From: Lama guanicoe
Taxonomy: Eukaryota
Assembly (NCBI GenBank): GCA_013239625.1
Contig: MU053652.1
Coordinates: 7,711,027-7,775,026, forward strand
Direction: 5' to 3'
DNA: 64,000 nucleotides
The position numbers were made by a program, and so were the translations under genes. Shown here one piece after another: positions 12,895 to 25,150 of this stretch. The notes under the pieces are model-generated. The model searched no databases, was not told the DNA's origin, and saw only the letters and a list, made by a program, of their open reading frames with translations. Each line of letters begins with the position of its first letter. The stretch's first letter is position 1.

Positions 12895-13226
12895 TGACAA
12901 CAAATCTCTCTTTGATCAAAATTTAGCCAGGCTCCTCTGAGTCCTCCCCACCCCGACCTTGGCCTGCTGAGCTCACATTTAGCAAAGAATCCTGATAAGC
13001 CAGTTTGTAGAGAATCCCTACCCTTGATAACTAATCAAGTGCCTCTTCCCTCTCGCCCTTGGCCTCTAACCAAGTTAGTAACTTTCCACCTACTCCCTAC
13101 ACATTCCCACTTGTGCAAACTGTATTCAGCGTTGAATTCAGTCTCTCTCCCCTAGAATGATAGTCTTGATTAAAATCTTCCCTGCCGTTTTTAACAAGTG
13201 TACAGTGCAATTTGTTTTCTTTAAAA
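12895..13226 (+). mobile_element. MER31-like ERV1 solo LTR
   Basis: tgacaacaaatctctctttgatcaaaatttagccaggctcctctgag resembles the MER31 start; 4-bp TSD gcat at 12891-12894 and 13227-13230. Confidence 0.8.
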
Positions 13227-14244
13227 GCATCTGGCCCAGGATAAGGATGTGGTTAATGTTGAGGCTCTGCAATAATCTGATTAGGTTCAGACCCAACTAC
13301 AGCATTTGCACAGAACTTGGTATTTCCTTTAAAAAGTGTTAATTTTCTCACCCATAAAACAGGAACGATAATAATAAAGTCCACATCACACAGTTGTTGG
13401 CAGGACTAAGCGAGAGGATCCTTGTAAAGATGCCCCTGAGTCTGGCCCCAAGTTGGCCTTTGTTTCTTTAGAAAGGAACTGGATCAAGGATCAATAACCT
13501 TCTCTTTTAATGTCCTTATAAAAAGCCAGACCATCTTCAGGAGGCTGAGACATTATTAGGCTTTCCCAACATCCAGGGCTTTTCCAGGGAAGAGGAGGAT
13601 GAACTGCCAACAACCAGAGGACCAAACCCATGAGCTGCTTAGTGCTATTGCGGTAGTGTGGGATGTTGGATTGAAAGTCACCAAAGTCCCAGATTCCACC
13701 CCAGCAGTAACAAGACCTCAATCTTACTTCCTAGAAACTTCTTTGAGTTCTTAGCATTGTGATATTCTATTTTTAAATTATGTCTTCACTGCATTTATAT
13801 TCTTAGTAAAAAATAAATTCAAGTTGTGTTCCTTTCTCTTTTCAACAGAGTGGACTCAGATAGAGGAAAGGTGCTGGGTGATTTCCAGGACAAGTAAGAT
13901 GGCTGGAAGAATGAAAGGGTGAGATTCAACCTGAAAGTAAATAAATGGGAGGGAGGGATGAAGACTAGACAGAAAGAGGCAATATTAGGTATCATTTTAG
14001 GATTGACTCACAAGCCTGGCATGATTTTTCGTGTCCTTTTTCATTGGGAAGTCTTCTGAGTCAGGCTTTTCAGAATTGGGTAAAAATAATTAAAACATCA
14101 GTTCTTTCTCAACAAAGAAAGAAAGGGGGCATGAAATTCTTAATTGACTGGTACTTGGTATTCTCTTCTCACTCTTTGGGGCTTAGCAAGGGCTAAGTAC
14201 CTCCTGGGTACTTTCAGGGTTCACTGGAGACTCCCCTCACCTGT

Positions 14245-14684
14245 TGACAAAGATGCCTTAAGGATCCTCGTAGCTTGATTTAACTTTAGACACTTTTTTT
14301 TCGTGACTCTAGGCCCCTGACTTCCCTTTATTGAGAGCATTTACTTTAGAAATTTGCAATAGTTAATTCTTTCTCTGAACCTTAAAAATGCAAATTTTCT
14401 CCTAGAAACGTAAACACCCGGAAGGACAGTCCTCTTATCTCTCAGTCTCTGAAAAAGTAGGAGTCTAACTTGAGAAGCATTGATTGGCAAACACAAAAGA
14501 CGTAATCACATTGACCAGTCTCCTGCAACATCCTCCAGCACTCCGCCACTAGCTCACCCCAGAGCTTAAAACCTCTCCTGCCTTTTGTTTCAGTGGAGCT
14601 GAATTCAACTGACCCCTATTGCAATAGTTTTGAATAGTGTTCCTTGCTATTTTAACAGCATCCATTGTGATTTTTTTTTTAATG
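14245..14684 (+). mobile_element. MER67-like ERV1 solo LTR
   Basis: Contains gactctaggcccctgac...gagagcatttactttagaaa; 4-bp TSD ctgt at 14241-14244 and 14685-14688. Confidence 0.75.
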
Positions 14685-15542
14685 CTGTGACTATCTCAGT
14701 TGTAGTTTCTTAGGCCAGAATGAATGAATCTCTATTCTGGTTCTTACCTTATGGCTCCTTCATCAGCCTTAGGAGTCCCAGAAATACAGATTCGCTGATC
14801 TAGAGACAACATTAAGCGGGATAGGAGTTCCCAGAGCAATGCATTGGTTCTGAGATGAAAGTCTGGAGGGACTTGCACTGGCCTTGTATCATTTCTAAGG
14901 TCCAACTGAGGAATTTTCACGTTTAGAATGTTGGGCCTTCTACCTTCTGCCTTGTGACTCCTTAGCTTTTATAAAGCTCTGGCTTTCAGCGGGCTCACAG
15001 AGCAGTAATGAGGCGATCCCTTTAAATTGGCTACGCAGTCATAGGCTGTTCTAGGGGAGAGGCTCACAGTGGAATGAAGATCCATTTTTTCTCCAGTCTG
15101 ATATCAGTGCTCTAAAAAATCCTATTTAGATGGTTCTAAAATCACCCCACTCGTCAGAATCTTCTCATCATCTCGTCAGACCCAACTGGATGGCAAGGAG
15201 CCAGTTTAGTACTGCGGGTATGCGATCTAAAGAAATTTCAAGATAGCTGATGAAATAAATCCAAGCAGGAACCCTTTACACAGAACTAGAGAGCAAGGCC
15301 AGAATACAAGTGGAAATGCCTGGTCCAAAGGGCAGGAGAAAGTGAGGTCATATGTTTAAAGTCTAAAACCCAGACATGAAATAGTTAAAGCAGTTACAAT
15401 TGAGGCACAAAGGAGAGAAAGAAAAATAACAGAGACATTCACCTTTAAGACCACTGTATGTATATAAAGTGCTAAATGTGCATTTAGGAAAAATAAAACC
15501 ACTATTTGTTAAGTTTCCAATGTTCACCTGTAATTATAGCTA

Positions 15543-16042
15543 CAGCTGACCCTCGAGCAATGTGGGAGTTAGGGGGGGCCCACCCTGTACAGCTGAAAAT
15601 CAGCATGAAACTTTTGACTCTTCCAAACTTAACTACTGTTACTAATAGCCTACTGTTAACCAGAAGCCTTACCAATAATGTAAACAGTCAATTCACACAT
15701 ATTTTCTATGTCATATATATTATATACTGTCTTATAATAAAGTTAGCTAGAGAAAAGAAGATGTTATTAAGAAAATCATAAAAAAAAACACATTAACAGT
15801 ACTGCACTGTATTTATCAATACTGTAAGTTTATGTCATCTGTTTACAAGATGAATCATCTGTCAGAACCTATGTCAATATTGTCTTATATACTATAGATT
15901 TAATTCGTATTACTTACACTTGACATTAAAAAAAGGTTATGTAAAAAATAAACTTACATCTATTTACAGGTACTATATTTATTGAGAAATGCACATAAGA
16001 GGACCCACACAGTATAAACTCGTGTTGTTCGAGGGTCAGCTG
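15543..16042. mobile_element. Tigger2a-like non-autonomous TcMar DNA transposon
   Basis: TIRs cagctgaccctcga.caa / ttgttcgagggtcagctg with a TA duplication at 15541-15542 and 16043-16044. Confidence 0.9.
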
Positions 16043-16169
16043 TACTTCTGTAATTATAGAAAGAAGCAGAAGAAAGAAGCTGCTATTGGTTGCTAGTTAT
16101 AGTGCACTATATCTGCAAATAAATCTGTGTTGCAGAAGTCAAGACAGCTTAAAATTCTAGTCATAGGCA

Positions 16170-16655
16170 CTGGATAAAGAAGATGTGGTATATTTATACA
16201 ATGGAATACTATTCAGCCACAAAAACCGACAACATAACGTCATTTGCAGCAACATGGATATTCCTGGAGAATGTCATTCTAAGTGAAGTAAGCCAGAAAG
16301 AGAAAGAAAAATACCATATGAGATCACTCATATGTGGAATCTAAAAACAAAACAAAACAAAACATAAATACAAAACAGAAACAGACTCATAGACATAGAA
16401 TACAAACTTGTGGTTGCCAAGGGGGCAGGCAGTAGGAAGGGACAGACTGGGATTTTTAAAATGTAGCATAGATAAACAAGATTATACTGTATAGCACAGG
16501 GAACTATATACAAGATCTTGTGGTAGCTCATAGCCAAAAAAAAAAAAATGTGACAATGAATATATGTATGTTCATGTATAACTGAAAAATTGTGTTCTAC
16601 ACTGGAATTTGACACAACATTGTAAAATGACTATAAATCAATAAAAAACGTTTAA
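16170..16655 (+). mobile_element. Young 5'-truncated L1 (ORF2 end and 3'UTR)
   Basis: Encodes WIKKMWYIYTMEYYS; perfect 19-bp TSD aaaattctagtcataggca at 16151-16169 and 16656-16674 at a TT/AAAA site. Confidence 0.95.
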
Positions 16656-17469
16656 AAAATTCTAGTCATAGGCAAAACCATTCAGAACAACTTTATACCT
16701 GATAATCCAAAAAATTCCCAAGTAACTGCAAGGTATAGCTTCCAAGTATTATGCCAGATGAAAATCCTCTGTTTGATAGGTTTCTTCAAAATGTTCTCTC
16801 AGCAAATGTACCTACGTTTTCTTTTATCATAAGCAGTTTACAGTGACCAAGTAATTGCATCAATTTGGCAATCTGCTGTTAAAATCAACAACTCTGACAC
16901 TTGTTTAGGGTTGAAAACAATATTTGTCAGAGCTAAATTGGCTTATTTTAACTGCAATTTTTTTTTTGAATTGGGACCATTTGAACAACTATGTTCAATT
17001 GAAAACAGCCTTTGAAACAGCCTAAGTAGAGTTGTTCAAACCATAATTTAAATGTTTTATAAAATATCACTTTCTGTCCAAAAGAAAACACTTGCTTTTG
17101 AAACATTTGTTTATACTACATAATTAATTCACTGATCTTTACCTGGATATTTTTAGAAGACAAAAACTTTTTTCCAAAATTTACCAAGTTTCTCAAATTT
17201 CTTTCTGAACGTACATATTTCTTGTTCTCAACTTGTTAACTTAACTTAATACATTTTAAAAATTAACTTTTCAAATTTTTTATTTGCAGATAAGTACTTG
17301 AAACTGTAATGATACACCTTCTATATTATCATTTAGAATTAAAAGAATATTTTAAAATTGAACCCTTTTAAATTTTAGCACAATGTAATGTTTTAAAAAG
17401 CAATATATTAAAGAGATTTTTCATATCATAGAGATATATTTTAATTAAAATTTTATTGCTGTTTTTCTT

Positions 17470-18030
17470 CTAATTTTTTAATTTGAAATAATCTCAAACT
17501 TATTTTTTAAAAATTGCAAAAATAATATAACTACAATATGCCCTTCACCCAATTTCTCAGGTGTTAGCACCTTACATAACCATTGTACTACCATCAAAAT
17601 CAGGATATGTTTTTCTCCATCCATGGACTTTTAACCTATATATGTCTTCCAATTTAAATTGAGTTTCTGTAAATAACATAGAGTTGGGTCCTGTTTTTTA
17701 TTCGTTGTGACAATCTCTTTTCATCAGTTCATTTAGACCACTGGTGTTCAAAGTGATTATTGAGATAATGGGATTAATATCAACTATATTTGTTACTGTT
17801 TTCTGTTTGTCGCTTTTGTTCTTTGTTCCTGTTTTTGCCTTTCATTCCTTTCCTGCCTTTTGTGGTTTTAACTGAGCATTTTATATCATTCAGTTTTCTT
17901 ACCTCTCTTCAAATATCAATTATATTTCATTTTTTTTTACTTTTTTTTCCCCTGGAATTTGCATTATACATTTACGGTTAATCAAAGTCCATTTTGAATA
18001 ACACTATACCACTTCGTGGGCACTACACCT
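17470..18030 (-). mobile_element. Old L1M fragments
   Basis: T-rich strand with L1-type motifs (tttaacctatatatgtct...agttgggtcctgttttttatt...gacaatctc). Confidence 0.6.
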
Positions 18031-18840
18031 CTTCTCTTCATTCTCATTCAGGTAAAAACTTTCCAGAGTGTGAGATTCCCCAACAGTAGCAATCTTAAAT
18101 GTTTACAAGATAGAAACACATTCACAAGATGACCTTTTACTTTTTTAATGATTCCAAGTCCAGTGAACTAAGCTGCAAATAGTTTGTCTCCACCCAGAAG
18201 TAAGCCAAACAATCTGACAGAAGGGCGTATAAGAGTGATCCTATTGCTCAAAAACTTTGCAGACTTATTTGCAACAAAACACTAAAATCAGGTGGATAAC
18301 CGTTAAAGTCACATGCAACCTAATTTAACAAAAAGTTCGATAACAAAGACTGGCAGATATCAGAGCACTCTGTCTGCATAGAAATGCCTTAAACTCTTGT
18401 CTTTTCCATCCAGAAACAAGAGGGAAGAGATTCCAGATAATGTGATGTAGGTTATAAAAGCATGATTGTGTTATTTCTTACTTCCAACATTTTCCACTTT
18501 CATTTCTCAGCAGTGATAACAGAATGGAAGGTTTGGAATGGAGGGTGAGGAAAAATGTTTCTTTTCTTTTTTTTTTTTCAAACAGAGCACTTGTCTTCAT
18601 GAGATTAAATTTTCCACAAGCAGTGGCAACTTGAATTTTGCCTTATCCCTGCCGCTTGACCCTCCATTCTTCTGTATGCCCTTTACCTTTCACTCTCTCG
18701 TTCTTTTACTTTCTTATTTTTCCATTTCCTCTTTTTCCCCTACAGGCTTATGCCTACACCTCTCACCAGTTTTAAGAACATTGTTTATCCTCATAAAGCT
18801 TTTTCGCTTTAATAGTTTTTTTTTTTTTGATTATCTAAGT

Positions 18841-19024
18841 CAGTGGTTCTTAATCTTGTTTGTGCTGTAGAATTGCCTGGACCAGTTTTTTAACAAACGC
18901 TAAGAGCTGTGTCTTTTATTCTGAGATGAGATTCTGCTTGATTGTCCTGGGTGGTGCCCAGCCATTGCTATAATTTAAACTTCTCCCCAGTGAACCTGCT
19001 ATGCTATCAGAGTTGAAAATAGTG
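18841..19024. mobile_element. MER5-like hAT-Charlie MITE
   Basis: Degenerate TIRs cagtggttcttaa...gttgaaaatagtg and a length of about 185 bp. Confidence 0.65.
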
Positions 19025-20195
19025 ACCCAGAACTACCACTCATCGACAGAGTAGCTCTGTGCAGGCACCTGTGAGTTAACTTTTCATAGGACCATGAAAG
19101 GTCTCTCAGCCTATATCTTTCCCCAGTTGAACTTGGGATTCTTTTCCCTCTTACTCTGTGGTTCTGTTTGGCAATCGCAGAATTTTAGAACTGTAATATC
19201 CGTAGACATCATCTAGCTCAGTCTTGTCATTCCAAAGAGAAGTACTCAAAAGCTCAGAGAGGGAAAAGACCTTACCCATGATCACATATCTGTAGGTGAA
19301 GTGCCAGGACTCCACTATGTGATTGCCTTTGAAATAAGGTTTACATCTTTATATTTTCAGATAACCCTAGATATATGTTCAGTCGTTTAGCTATCTCTCC
19401 CCAAATCTCTTATCTTTCCTTCTACTTTCCAGCTTGTATGTTCCCCATCCTACAATAATGAGATTATAACTTGTTGGAATTTTACAATCAAGGGCCTTGA
19501 GATACCTGTTTTCTCTCACCTCATATCACAGATTCTCCCCCATCATAAATTTTATTCCTTCTAGCAATTTCACCCCAAACCATGCTTTCAGCTGTAAAAT
19601 ACAACATGAAGTCATTAGGTAAAGTCTTGGTAGCCCAGAGGACCATCTAAAGATGATAAAACATGAAACATCATATTGCTTTAAATTAGTTCTCTGTATG
19701 AGGAAATTGAGATTTTTCTCAACATAAAAATCTAAAAGCAAAAATATACTGTGAGCGCCATCTCCTGGAGAGATCATGCCAACTTGTGGGCATGCCCTCC
19801 CTCGCTGCCTTATGGAGTAGTTTTTATTTTTTTATTTATTAGTTCATTCATGTATTGGTATTTAGTAATAGACTTAAGGTAGCTTCCCAAATACACAAAC
19901 ACTATGAAAGTAAAAGCTAAATTTAAAAGTATGAGAACTGGAGAAATATGCCTTAAAAGGAAGATACGGGACAAGGAGGAAAAATAAAACACTGATAAGC
20001 AGAGCTCCCACATAGCAGCATAGAAAGATTTGTACGTTAGTGTAGAGTTTGGGAGAGTTACATGATGAGTTTATTTTATTATGTGTTATGTTCACGTTGC
20101 CTGTAGGACATCTAAGAGGAGCTGTCAAGTATTTGCCTGGGTGTTTAAATCTCATGAGATAGATTTGTTTGTTTTGTTTTGTTTTTGCCACTAAG

Positions 20196-20870
20196 GGTTT
20201 TTTTTAAGTATATTCGGTTTACAATGTTGTGTTGATTTCTAGTGTACAGCATGATTCAGTTATATATATATATATAATCCCTTTTCATATTCTTTTCATT
20301 ATAGGCTATTACAAGTTATTGAATATAGTTCCCTGTGCTGTTTTTATATACAGCAGTTAGTATCTGCAAATCCCAAACTCCCATTTTCCTCCCTGCAAGT
20401 TTCTTTTCTATGTCTGTGAGTCTGTTTCTGTTTTGTAAATAAGTTCATATGTCTCATTTTTTTAGATTCCACATATAAGTGATATCATATGGTATTTTTC
20501 TTTCTCTTTCTGGCTTACTTCACTTAGTATGACAATCTCCAGTTCCATCCATGTTGCTGTAAATGGCATTATTTTATTCTTTTTATGGCTGAGTAGCATT
20601 CGATTGTATGTATTTATATATATCACATCTTCTTTATCCAGACATCTGCTGATGGACATTTAGGGTGCTTCCATGTCTTGGCTATTGTATATAGTGCTGC
20701 TACGAACATTAGGGTGCATGTATCTTTTCTAGTTAGAGTTTCCACCAGATATATGCCCAGGAGTGGGATTGCTGGATCATATTGTAAGTCTATTTTTAGC
20801 TTTTAAACGAATCTCCATATTGTTTTCCATAATGGCTGCACCAACAGTATAGAAGGGCTCCATTTTTCAT
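20196..20870 (-). mobile_element. 5'-truncated L1 3' end
   Basis: Reverse strand encodes KNKIMPFTATWMELEIVILSEVSQKEKEKYHMISLICGI followed by L1 3'UTR. Confidence 0.93.
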
Positions 20871-21049
20871 AGGGTATATTTGAAGGTGATTAGCATATAG
20901 TTACTGAAGCATTGGGCTGCTTTCCCAAAAGGAGTGTGGAGAGAGGGAACAAATAGAGCCCAGCAGAGAATCCTAAAGAATACTGATATTTAAACGATGG
21001 TCAGTGAAAGGTAAACAGCCTAATGAGTTTGGCCTCTGGAGCCAAACTA

Positions 21050-21214
21050 TCTGGTTTAAATCCCAGCTCACATACTCACTAAAGCTAACATCTAAGTTCC
21101 ACTAAAAAAAAAAGTAAATTGGTTTTCGTGTTCTGGTTTAAATCCCAGCTCCCATACTTACTAAAACTAACATCTAAGTTCCACTAAAAAAAAAAAGTAA
21201 ATTGGTTTCTGTGT
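21050..21214. repeat. Two-copy tandem duplication of about 82 bp
   Basis: tctggtttaaatcccagctc...ctaacatctaagttccact(a)ngtaaattggttt starts at 21050 and again at 21132. Confidence 0.9.
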
Positions 21215-22348
21215 ATAACCTCATTGTATTAAATAGACTTGGAATTTTTCTTGTTTGTTTTTAAATCTCTAATCAGTGATTCCTAAACACTTTGGAGCTG
21301 CCTTTTCTGACACCTAAAGCTCTAATCTCTGACCTGGGAAGAGTCTAGACTAGAAGTGGTTCAAAATAATAATTTTTGTTATTTCTGCTTCTGATGATGG
21401 ATGTCAGCTGGGCTAACTGGCTCCCTGTCCTTCTCCATCTGCCTTCCAGGCTGTAAAATCCTGGAACAGGAAAGGAGCAGGGGCCTCAGCACTTCTTTCC
21501 CCTCCACACTTTCCATCAGTCCTTCTGGGTCACCTTCTCAGCTGTAGTACAGCTTCCTGATCTTGAGAAAGAGCATGCGAAAAATTGCCATGATTTTTCT
21601 GGCTACATCTTCTGGCTATATTTTCTTAGAATTAAGAAATTTCTTTCCTTTTTGCTCTTTTTAACTGTCTTGGGTGGTTGTAAATGTTGCTTGTTTCAGC
21701 AAAAATCCCATTTTAGTTATTTTCCATTGTGAACCAGATGAACTTCTTCACTGAAACGGTCTCATTGAATTTCAGGTCACTTGCAATTTCTCTTTTCTTA
21801 GTTCCACAGAGAAAAGAGGACTGAACTCCTAAAAACTCTGCCCTCCTCTCACTCACCCTCCCTTGGTGGAGCTCAGTTTCAGTTACAGTCCTCATACATT
21901 GCTTCTGTTCAGGACTGTAGTCAAAGGAAACATCTTCTAGGGCCAGAAAACTTGGTTAAACGGTTCTGTAATTCTTTATGACCTTTTGCATTTCCCCTCT
22001 CAAAGCTCTGTAATAATTTCTAACCAGGTCTTAAATAATGTGGAATAAAGTTTCTTAATCTACTGGAATTTTCTATGCCTTTGAATATTTTAATCCATTA
22101 GAAAAATATGTCCTCTCTTTCCATCTGTGCCAATAGCATAACCAGCTGCTGGTGTTCCTTCTCGTCTAGGAAACTGTAAAAACTAGCATTTTCCTCTAGC
22201 ATCTTCCATATGCTCACTTCAGATAGATTTCTATCTCTATTTCAGATCTCTTTGGATTCAACTCCATACTTTAACGATGCATTTCATCTCTAAGGTAGTA
22301 TTTGATATATACACTCTGAATTTTCTTGTTTAATTCAGTGATCTTTTT

Positions 22349-22578
22349 TAAAATATATTTTTATGGAAGTAAAGTCAGTTTACAATGTTGTGTCAATTTC
22401 TGGTGTACAGCACAATACTTCAGTCATACAGGAACCTACGTTTATTTGTTTTCATATTCTTTTTAACCATAAGTTACAACAAGATACTGAATATTTCCCT
22501 GTGCTATACAGTATAAACTTGTTGTTTATCTATTTTACATATAGTAGTTAGTATCTGCAAATCTCAAGCTCGCAATTT
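22349..22578 (-). mobile_element. L1 3'UTR fragment
   Basis: aaagtcagtttacaatgttgtgtcaatttctggtgtacagc... with a degenerate TSD attcag.gatc.tttt. Confidence 0.85.
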
Positions 22579-22645
22579 ATTCAGGGATCATTTTAACTAT
22601 GAGATCATACCATATGAGCAGCCAGGGGATTGCATATAAATTCTT

Positions 22646-22792
22646 TTTTTTTTAACATTTTTTATTGCTTTATAGTCATTTTACAATGTTGTGTCAAATT
22701 CCAGTGTAGAGCACAGTTTTTCAGTTATACATGAACATATATATATTCATTGTCACATTTTTTTCTCTGTGAGCTACCGTAAGATCTTGTGT
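22646..22792 (-). mobile_element. Short young L1 3' terminus
   Basis: Same 3'UTR as 16170-16655; TSD atataaattctt at 22634-22645 and 22793-22804. Confidence 0.9.
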
Positions 22793-23359
22793 ATATAAAT
22801 TCTTAATATCAGTAATATTTATTTAATAAAATTAAACACACAGAAAGAATAAGCAACTTAATAACCATAAGATAAGAAAAAGAGTCTGTGTTGAAATTCT
22901 GTGGTATAATATTGTAACACTTATTATTCTATGGGCAGGTTTGGTGAAAACAAGAGTTATAAGTTTAAAAGAAAGTGTAATATAAACCACAATAAAAATG
23001 ATTGGGAAGTTTTTTTTAAAGACTATTAAGGTTACATAGAATTTATATTTGCTAATAGTATTGTGGATATGCATTTTCTAATTATCAAATGTGGAGGTTT
23101 TAAAGTTGTAGAGTATGTTTCTGAAAATATTTAAAAATTACGTTGAATATCCTTAAATCACTCCTCATCAGTGAAGTAGTAGATATAAGTCAGAGGGACA
23201 CTAGTCAACTTGGAAATACAAAATCAGGAGTTTTTTTGTACTTTAGTACATTTGATTAATCTTCAGAAGACAGCAGTGTATATTTCCTCAGCTCTACCTA
23301 GGGATTTGAGAAATGTTCTCATTACACAGAAGATACGGTATAAGAATTAGCTAATCTTA

Positions 23360-23540
23360 GAATCACAGACTTTTACAATAGAACAGATGGCCTAAGCGGC
23401 CTGACTCCATTATTTTATAACTGAGGAAATGGAGGCCTTATCCAAAGGAGTGGCTTATTTGAAATCACACAGCTGGTTAATGCAGAGCCCAGATCAAGCC
23501 ATAATTCCTGCATCCCAGATAAGTCTTCTTCCCATTCCGC
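23360..23540 (-). mobile_element. MIR SINE
   Basis: ttttataactgaggaaatggaggc...aatcacacagctggttaatgcagagcc matches the reverse MIR core. Confidence 0.7.
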
Positions 23541-24999
23541 TCATACAGCCCTATATGCCAATTCCCAGCAGCTAGATCTCCTCTGACAAAGGGACCAGGC
23601 CTTTAGCATAACTGTGCCTGAGCAAAACCAACCTTTTCTTTCTCTCCCAGGCCCTCACCTAAGCCTCCCCCTGCTATGGTCCTGCTTACTCCTTCCCCCT
23701 TGAAGCTCACCTGCCTTCACCTGATGAGTCCAAAGTGGCAGCTCACCAGTCTGATGCACTAACCCAGGCCAATATGCTCAGTTTTAGACCTAAATAAAAT
23801 TTCCCACATGCATGTGGCCTTCATAGAGCAATCCCTAGCAGGTGACCACTGAACCCCTTGGTAAGCAACTGGCATGAGGGTCAATTTGAGTAAATAAAAA
23901 AAAAAATCTATAGAAACTCCTTTTATTTTTCCATTTACTCAGCAAATAACTGAATTAACCTCAATGGTCAAAATGTATCTTCTTATGATTTAGATCATAT
24001 GACCTGGTTTATAAAGTAGAAAAAAATTATTGAGAAAAGTACATTGATTTTAACCAACAAAATATTAGTATCTGGGTACATTTGAGATTAATACAGTTTT
24101 CTAATCTTTCATTCAGAAATTATATTACTAGTCATGTCTTGAAGTCAGGCAACCCTAGAGATACAAATTACTTATCATTACCAATCTACTGAGAATGTTA
24201 GTACCAGGAATTTCAAACCAGATATATGGGAAGACAGCCTTGTGGCAGCTGAATAGCAGATATTTACTGTATGGGGGGAAAAATAGAGGCTTACTGAGAT
24301 TACAGACTTCATGTATGCACAGAATCTGCCTTGCTATATATTTCATATTCTGTAAACATAAGTAGAGACAAAACTGGGCCTTCAATAAAAAATTGTGAAC
24401 TCTCTATTCATGGATAGCCCATAAAAGGCTTCAATTTTAACACAAAATAAAACCATCTAGTAAAATATACTTGCTCCTTCATCTTGTTCATTTTCCCAGT
24501 AATATTTTATTAGGCATAAAGTTAGGACAAAATGCACACACACACACAAAGAGCAGCAAAGTCATCCAATAACAGAGAAACAAAGGAAGGATAGAATGTC
24601 AGCAGACATTGTAAAGTTTCATTTGGCACATGTACAAAAAAGTCATTGTCCCAGCCAGGTGACCATATGCCTATAAGTGGCAGAACTGTTCTCTGGGCAC
24701 AAATCCAGGGTTCCAGCTATCACTCTCTAATTTGGATTAATAATTCATTGTTTTATCTGGAAAGGTTGCCAAATACACCTAGTCAGTTGAACCATATAGA
24801 ATCACTCACCCCAGGCCACACATACAGTTTTCAGTGTTACCTTGCCGCAAGCCTTCTCTTTCATCTGCCCGTGGTAATACCCATTCACTCAATGAAAACG
24901 TAAAAAGAAGCATCTACCAAAGGTGACTTGGCTATAAGTTCTGTGAGGAAGAAAGGGAGGGAAGAGAGGAAATGAAGACGATAAGAAAGAAAATCAATA

Positions 25000-25150
25000 T
25001 GTGTTAGATGTCTGCCATGCGCCAGGTACGCTGGGAACATACAATCCTCACAACAGTTCTATAAGCAGGTAGTATTCCCATTGCAGAGCTGAGGAGATTA
25101 AGATTTAATAAAGGTGAGTAAATTGTCCATATTCATTCATGCAGTTGGAA
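25000..25150 (-). mobile_element. MIR SINE
   Basis: aatcctcacaacagttctataagcaggtagtattcccattgcagagctgagga matches the reverse MIR. Confidence 0.65.
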
